From Octopus vulgaris (lineage: Eukaryota), in contig OX597820.1 in the NCBI GenBank assembly GCA_951406725.2, positions 99,076,001 to 99,140,000 of the forward strand: DNA of 64,000 nucleotides, read 5' to 3'. Under the pieces are notes generated by a model. The model had not been told where the DNA came from. It did no database searches and saw only the letters and a list, made by a program, of their open reading frames with translations. Position 1 is the first letter of the stretch, and every line of letters begins with the position of its first letter. Positions 1-64,000 of the stretch are shown here, piece by piece. A program made the position numbers and the translations under genes.

Positions 1-466
1 TTAGTAGGACTGAACATTTCAATATCAAATATCCTAGCAAGCAGTAATAGAATACACATCATAGAACCTTGAAACAAGAAACAACAATTCTGTTCCCAAA
101 CTCAATCCTCACAACGAGCAAAATGCTTAACAGTATTTCATCTGTCTTCGTGTTTCGAGTTCAAATTTCGCCAAGGTTAACTTTGCCTTTCATCCTTTCG
201 GAGTTGATAAATTAAATTGCAGTGAAACACTGGAGTCAATGTAATCAACTAGTCCCCTCTCTCCAAACTTCAGGCCTTGCACCTATAGTGGAACGGATTA
301 TTAAGCAGTTGCTGACTGGCCCCAACATGGTCCTGATCAAAAGCATTCCAGTCATAACATTCCAGACATTTTTCAGGCACAGTTCCCCATTGACTACATT
401 GTCCAAAGTGTTTTCTCCCAAGTTAGAGAGATTGAAGTCATTGAAGTTCAGTTTGGATGCTTGTAA

Positions 467-830
467 GTTAGTTAGTTAGTTAGTTAGTTAATTTTTTGGC
501 TCAAAAAGCAAAAAGCAAGGCCATGTAGGGGGACATGGAGTTATGTACAGGGTGGTGTTCATGTAAAGAGTTCAGGCCACTTGTGGTCAAGGGAGACTTT
601 AAACCGAGCGGTCGTCGGCATCTTAACTATCTCGTCCAGCAGCTTATTCCACAGAACCGCAACCCGGACGGAAAAAGCCCCTCTTCGATTGAGATGAAAT
701 CGTCGCAGATAGAGCTTTTCGGAGTGACCCCGCAGCCAACGCTCTGGAGCAGGAGTGAAGAACAGCGCTTTCGAGAGGTTACACTTTCCGCTTATGATGT
801 TGTGAGGAAGGAAAAACATAGGTGAGAAAA
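467..830 (-). mobile_element. CR1-type LINE 3' fragment with (AACT)n tail
   Basis: RGHSEKL...FSVRVAVLWNKL is the typical CR1 ORF2 C-terminus. Tandem tetramer tail at 467-490. Confidence 0.75.
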
Positions 831-930
831 GAATTTCAGAAGGCAACAGTTTAGAGAAGAAGTGCGATGGAAAGGTGAAACATAGTGAACTTCACAAGCA
901 GGAGAGTTAATATGTTAAAATGAGACATAC

Positions 931-58039
<57,109 letters not shown>

Positions 58040-58644
58040 TACTGTAAGAAAGAGAAATTAAAAATACACTTGTATACAATTGTGCATATGTGTGTGCATA
58101 TAGACATTCTTGGGAATGTCACTGCATGTGCATAGGTTTGTTTTAACCTTTTAACTGTGAAATTAAATTTCATGGTTATTCCAGTAATACAAAATTTAGA
58201 GTTGATATTTTCTGCAAGTTATGTTAAACTCAGTGAATTTCACTTATTCCAACAAAAAATAGTTTCAAACATGATAGTTTGGTATATAAAACTGCTTTCC
58301 ACAGTTAAGGGTAATGAAATTTTGAGTGGATATATCTGATTTCCATAGTAAAAGAGTTAACAGCTTTTAATATTTTAATGGTTCTTCAGAAGTTCTATAA
58401 TATAATCTGTGGTTAAGAAGTTGGCTTCCCAGCCATGCTGTCTTGAATTCAGTTCCACTGTACAGCTCCTTGGGTAAGTATCTTCTATTATAGCTTCAGG
58501 CAGACCAAAGCCTTGTGAGTGGCTTTGGTAGATAGAAACTGAAACAATTGTATCATATATTCCTCCATGGGATCAGTTTGAAAAATTGTTACAATATTAA
58601 GATATTTTTTTTTAACGACACCAATGGTAGCCTTAACCAACAAA

Positions 58645-59898
58645 TAAAGAAATAATGCAGTTTTTTCAATTGCATGAACTAAAAGCCGGAGGAGAACAGG
58701 ATGAACTACCTGCATTTACTTGCTATAAAAGCAGGTAGTAATTATACCTTGTGCTTATTCTTAGTGCAACTTTTGAAGAGTGCAGTTCGATTTTAACAGT
58801 TATTTTCTCAAAGCTATAATGGAAGTGACAAAGGAGTATATTCACCATATTTTGTTTTATAAGTTCAATAAAGACAACAACGCAATGGAAAGTGCAAGGA
58901 ATATCAATGCAGTGTATGGGGATCAGACAATAAGCATAAGCCAGAGTCAACTGTAGTTCCAGAAATTCCAAGCCAGAAACTACAGCCTAGAAGACAAGTC
59001 TCATCCTGGAAGATCTGTAGAGCTCAACAAGGAATTTCTGCAAACCCTGGTGGAACAAAATCCCATCATAACTGTTGAGGAACTGGCAGAGAAGATTGGA
59101 TATGGTCATTCAACCATTCATCGATACCTGTGTGCCATTGGTAAAGTCAGCAAATAGGGTCAATGGGTTCCTCACAAACTTTCTGAGTTTAATTGCAAGC
59201 AGAGAATGAAGGTGTACTTTTCTTTGCTGTCACGTCTCACGAACGAACCTTTTTTGGACCGAATAGTGACTGGTGTTGAGAAATGGGTTCTCTAAAAAAA
59301 TGTCAAGTGCCAAAGACAGTGGGTAGGAAAAGGAGAAACACCAGCATCCCAGGCTAAAGAAGGTATTCAACCATGTAAGGTGTTGTTATCTGTTTGGTGG
59401 GATATGAAAGGTTTAGTCCACTTTGAACTTTTAAACCCAAACCAAATGGTAACAAAGGAGATCTACTGTGAGGAGCTTGAGTGGCTTAAGTCAGTGCTAG
59501 AAGAAAAACAACCATCTTTGGTTTCAAGACGAAAGGTGCTCTTCCATCAGGATAATGCTCAGCCACATACAGCGTGGATGATATTCCAAAGGCTGGAGCA
59601 GTTTGAATGGGAAACAATGCCCCACCCACCATATTCACCAGACATTGCCCCAACTCATTATCATTTATTCTGCAGTCTTCAAAATCATTTGAATGGTAAA
59701 AATACGAATTCTGTAGACGAGATCAGAACAGTACAGGAGGAGTATTTCTCATCACAGAAAGTGAATTTTGGAAGAGGGGCCTTGCAAGACAACCAGATAG
59801 ATGAAAAATGAAGAACATATTTTAGATTAAAAAAGAACTTTGTTTATCTTAATTTTGAAAAATAAAGGTATAAAAAAACGCATTATTTACGGAAGGAC

Positions 59899-59903
<5 letters not shown>
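58645..59903 (+). mobile_element. Mariner (DD34D) transposon with pseudogenised transposase (ATG 58819)
   Basis: WVPHKL, LLSVWWD, HQDNAQPH and HPPYSPDIAP motifs with in-frame stops. Partial TIR match aaataatgc.gttttt / aaaaacgcattattt. Confidence 0.92.
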
Positions 59904-59950
<47 letters not shown>

Positions 59951-61450
59951 CTTTTATTTGTTTCAATCATTTGACTGCAGCCATGCTGGATCACTGCCTT
60001 TAGTCAAATAAATCGACCCCAGGATTTATTCTTTGTAAGCCCAGTACTTATTCTATCGGTCTCTTTTGCCAAACCTTAAGTTACGGGGATGTAAATAGAC
60101 CAGCATCGGTTGTCATGCAATGGTGGGAGGAAAAACACAGACACAAACACACATGACAGGCTTCTTTCAGTTTCCGTCAACCAAATCCACTCACAAGGCT
60201 TTGGCAGCCCAAGGCCATAGTAGAAGACACTTGCCCAAGGTGCCATACAGTGGGACTGAACCCGGAACCATGTGGTTGGTAAGCAAGCTACTTACCACAC
60301 AGCCACTCATGCACCTATATATAAATATATATATATATATACTCACACACACACACATATGTATTATGTGTGCATGTTTGTGTTTGCATGTACCGGTGTC
60401 TAAGCATCACCTGATGGTTGTAAATAAACATCATCATACAAATGAGGTTGTTTGTTTTCAGTCTTCCATTAAAACATGTCAAGCTATGGGGAAATACCTT
60501 GCTTGAAAACAGGAAGGGCATCCAAACATAGAAAAATCACTGAACAAATTCCATCTAAATGATGAAGATATATATATATATATATACACATACACATCTC
60601 TGCATACACTGCAAGAACATGAAGTGCAAACACTTCTGCATAGAGTTTGACATTCACCTGATATTGTTTGGGTGTGCAAATTAGATCGACCTAACAAGGT
60701 GCCTCAATTTAAGTACATAATTCAACCAAATCTTAATTATCTTATATATATATGTTTACTGACACAAGGGAAAATGATTTCGTCAAATGTCCAAGAGACT
60801 CTCTGGAAATAGCAGATAATTTCTGCTACCTACATGACCTAAGTAGCAGTGGTGTAATTGCCAGAATAAATATAGGATGGAGAAAACTTCAGAGAGCTTT
60901 TACTATTATTCTCTCTCTCTCTCTCTCTGAGTGAAAGGAAGTGTTGTATGATGCATGTGTACGAACTGCAATGCTACACGGTAGTGAGACATGGACCCTA
61001 AGTGCAGAGGCATGTGAAGACTAGAGAGGGATAAAGCTGGCATGCTTTAATGTCAGTGTACATTAAGTACCAGTTGCGCACTGGAGTCGATCTAATCAAA
61101 TGGCTTACAAATGTTTTTTTTGTTTTTGTTTTTGGTCACAGCCAGAATCCCAAGTATGTTATCATAAATGGAGAAAAGGGGAGAAGTATATTAAAAGATG
61201 CAATGACTGTTTGTTATTTCATTATTATTTGGATAAGTGGGTGGGGGGTAACAATGTTGAGCTGGCAGAATCGTTAGCACGCCAGGCAAAATGCTTAGCA
61301 GCATTTCGTCTGTCTTTACGTTCTGAGATCAAAATCCGCCTAGGTCGACTTTGCCTTTCATCCTTCCATGGTTGAGTACTAGGGTCGATGTAATCGACTT
61401 ACCCCCCACCCCTGAAATTGCTGGCTTTGTGCCAAAATTTGAAAGCAATA

Positions 61451-61781
61451 TCTTTATATATAAAATTGAGGTTGTGTGTCTGTCTCCTACGATTTAGATT
61501 CCTAACTACTCCCACATTTTGCGGTGCAGTTTAACCAAAACCGGGTATCTTATAGTCGTGATTCATATCGAGCCCTTCTGGGTATTAGCGCGCGTCTACA
61601 ATGAGTCTACGATTTTTTTCCATTTTAATGCATTTTTTCGCTATTATATAAGGGAAGTAACTCTCTAAAAATGTCTACGTTGAGTCAACGATTTTTTTGC
61701 TATTTTTTGGCTATACTCTCTAAAAATGCTTATATAGTTATTTCCCTTACAAACCCGAGCAACGCCGGGCGATACTGCTAG
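61451..61781 (+). mobile_element. Non-autonomous Helitron-like element (intact termini)
   Basis: A|TC start, hairpin CCCGAGCAACGCCGGG, CTAG|T end, no TSD. Homologous to 29964-30249. Confidence 0.88.
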
Positions 61782-62317
61782 TATATGTATAAAGATGCTG
61801 AGTTTCAAAATAAAAACATGTTGATATGTTGAGGTTCCTAACACTGACGTTCGTTAAACGTCACTTAATACTCTCCTTTTTTTAATAAACTGAAAATATC
61901 TGAGTTGCTAGCGGTGACAGAAGACAATGGTAAACTTAAAAGGGTGGCATTATTTCTATCATAATTCTATTCACATCTTGGGTACATTACAGCAATGGTT
62001 CTCACCCGGGGTCCATACGACCCTTAGGGATCCATTCAAGATTTATAAAATCTTGTTAACATTTATGTGCAATAAATTGGTTCTACAATACACAAAATAT
62101 TTTAACAATTCTTACAATGCAATTTTTAATAATATTTAATTATGAAAACATAACAGGATTTTTTAAACATCGAATGGCAACTAGAAGGGGTCTAATAAAG
62201 CAAAGTAGGAATTAAGGGGCACATAGGTAAAAAAAAGAAATGGTTGAGAAACACTGTATTAGAGAAATAAACCAGACTTGAATGACTAATTCCTGCCCAT
62301 AACTCAAGTCTCTCTTC

Positions 62318-62714
62318 TATTCTCTCTTCTAAATTACAGTCTACTCCGCTTAAAAAGAAGAACACGTTTGATAATGAGGTTCTGAAGAAGGTCGGGATGG
62401 TCACGGTTTGAATGTTTTTGATCACAGAGTTAATGGTCGACTCGCGAGAAATAGCAGCCTATTCTCTCTCCTAAATTACAGTCTACTCCGCTTAAAAGGA
62501 AGAACACGTTTGGTAATGAGGTTCTGAAGAAGGTCGGGATGGTCACGGTTTGAATGTTTTTGATCACAGAATTAATGGTCGACTCGCGAGAAATAGCAGC
62601 CTATTCTCTCTCCTAAATTACAGTCTACTCCGCTTAAAAGGAAGAACACGTTTGAAAATGAAGTTCTGAAGAAGGGCGGGATGGTCACGGTTTGAATGTT
62701 TTTGATCACAGAGT
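62318..62714 (+). repeat. 142-bp tandem repeat, about 2.8 copies
   Basis: aaattacagtctactccgc recurs at 62331, 62473 and 62615. Confidence 0.95.
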
Positions 62715-63112
62715 TGCTCGATACGGGATTGACTAAGGGTTAATTAAACAACGGTAACGTAGTTACTAGATCTGTGGGAGGGGCCGTACTTAGCCCAGGG
62801 TTGGTGCTTTATTTACACACCTTCACTTGCAAATGTTTGTGTAATTACACCGCTAAAATATATATTAGCCTATCATTAATATCACAGATATATAAATACA
62901 GGGTAAATTTTTAGGGTGTAATTGTAAAAATTTACCAAATATAATGCATAATATTTAAATAACATTTAAGAAATTTGTCCAAAATATCCAGACGACAAAT
63001 CCTTTATAAGCTACATCAAGCGAAGGAAATGTTTTATTAATATTTGTGACTCAAATAATAAAATATTACGTTAACTAATGCAGAGATAATGAAAAAGACG
63101 GCTCAGACTTAC

Positions 63113-63290
63113 TGTTCGGTTATTTTTGTAGAAGTCGAATAAATAAAGATTTCCTCTTATATTATTATTATTTTTATTTTTACATTTTCACTAATACGCC
63201 ATTATGCTCGATAGCGAGGCTACCGGACGTAACTAATGTATAATATAAAAAAAAAAAAAAAACCAGTTTGTTTATCGTTCGACTAGTTGT
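63113..63290 (-). promoter_or_regulatory. Probable non-coding first exon and promoter region of EXOC1
   Basis: The ATG exon starts with an acceptor, so an upstream UTR exon is required. A consensus donor aca|gtaagt lies at 63112 in non-repeat sequence with locally retained CpGs. The 5' boundary is not determinable. Confidence 0.45.
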
Positions 63291-63818
63291 GGCTTTGCTA
63301 ACTTTCACTATAAATTATCCATTATCTGTATACTCCTTTACTCGTTTACTTGTTTCAGTTATTTGACCGTGACCATGCTGGAGCACTGCCTTTAGTCGAG
63401 CAAGTCGACACTAGGACTTATTCTGTGTAAGCCTAGTACTTATTCTATCGGTCTATTTTGCCGAACCGCTAAGTTACGGGGGACGTAAACACACCAGCAT
63501 CGGTTGTCAAGCGATGTTGGGGGACAAACACAGACACATAAACATTTACACACATATATATATATATATTTTGTTCGTCCCTTCGTGTATTTCACGTTAT
63601 TTATATTTATATATGTAAAGTTTTATTAATATATATATATATATATGTATGTATATATATATACACATACGACGGGCTTCTTTCAGTTTCCGTCTACCAA
63701 ATCCACTCACAAGGCTTTGGTCAGCCCGAGGCTATAGTAGAAGACACTTGCCACGCAGTGGGACAGAACCCGGAACCATGTGGTTGGTAAGCAAGCTACT
63801 TACCACACAACCACTCCT

Positions 63819-63912
63819 ACGCTAGGAGGGACTCTTAAAATCAAAACTACCAAAATAAATAAACGTGTTTATTTATTTTGGTCGTTTTGACTTTAAGAGT
63901 CCCTCCTAGCGT
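63819..63912. repeat. Near-perfect palindrome (about 46-bp arms)
   Basis: acgctaggagggactcttaaaatcaaaactaccaaaataaataaac / gtttatttattttggtcgttttgactttaagagtccctcctagcgt. Confidence 0.93.
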
Positions 63913-64000
63913 GTGGCATTTATGTATAGTAATGCCCTCGGATCTTTTCGGTTTGAACGGCAGTTTTTTAAAATAATCTCTATGAAACTAAAAGATTTTA

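Noticed and set aside
59380-59811. Functional transposase or SETMAR-like gene
   Set aside because: There are upstream in-frame stops and the last catalytic Asp region is altered (APTHY), so it is a pseudogene.

Overview
AT-rich, microsatellite-dense eukaryotic genomic DNA, probably octopus or another coleoid cephalopod (inferred from repeat families, not proven). One gene spans nearly the whole window on the minus strand: EXOC1/Sec3 (exocyst component 1). I reconstructed 21 GT-AG coding exons from ATG 58039 to 931 (2253 nt, 751 codons, frame intact at every junction). The 3' end lies beyond the left edge, and a probable 5'UTR exon/promoter sits near 63.1 kb. Most ORFs in the supplied track are artefacts of repeats. 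Introns hold tRNA-derived SINEs, RTE/CR1/Tx1 LINE fragments, decayed mariner and Tc1/maT transposases, non-autonomous Helitrons, TTAA and hAT MITEs and a solo LTR. Three observations stand out. (1) There are about eight hammerhead-ribozyme motifs in Penelope-like/retrozyme-like remnants. The best-preserved cores lie antisense to EXOC1 and the sense-strand ones have broken cores. (2) There are candidate cassette exons that keep frame only in combination: a 47+37 nt pair, and a 37-nt exon coupled to a 7-nt acceptor shift. (3) Several long intronic inverted repeats would fold the pre-mRNA into dsRNA. No database searches or folding computations were run.
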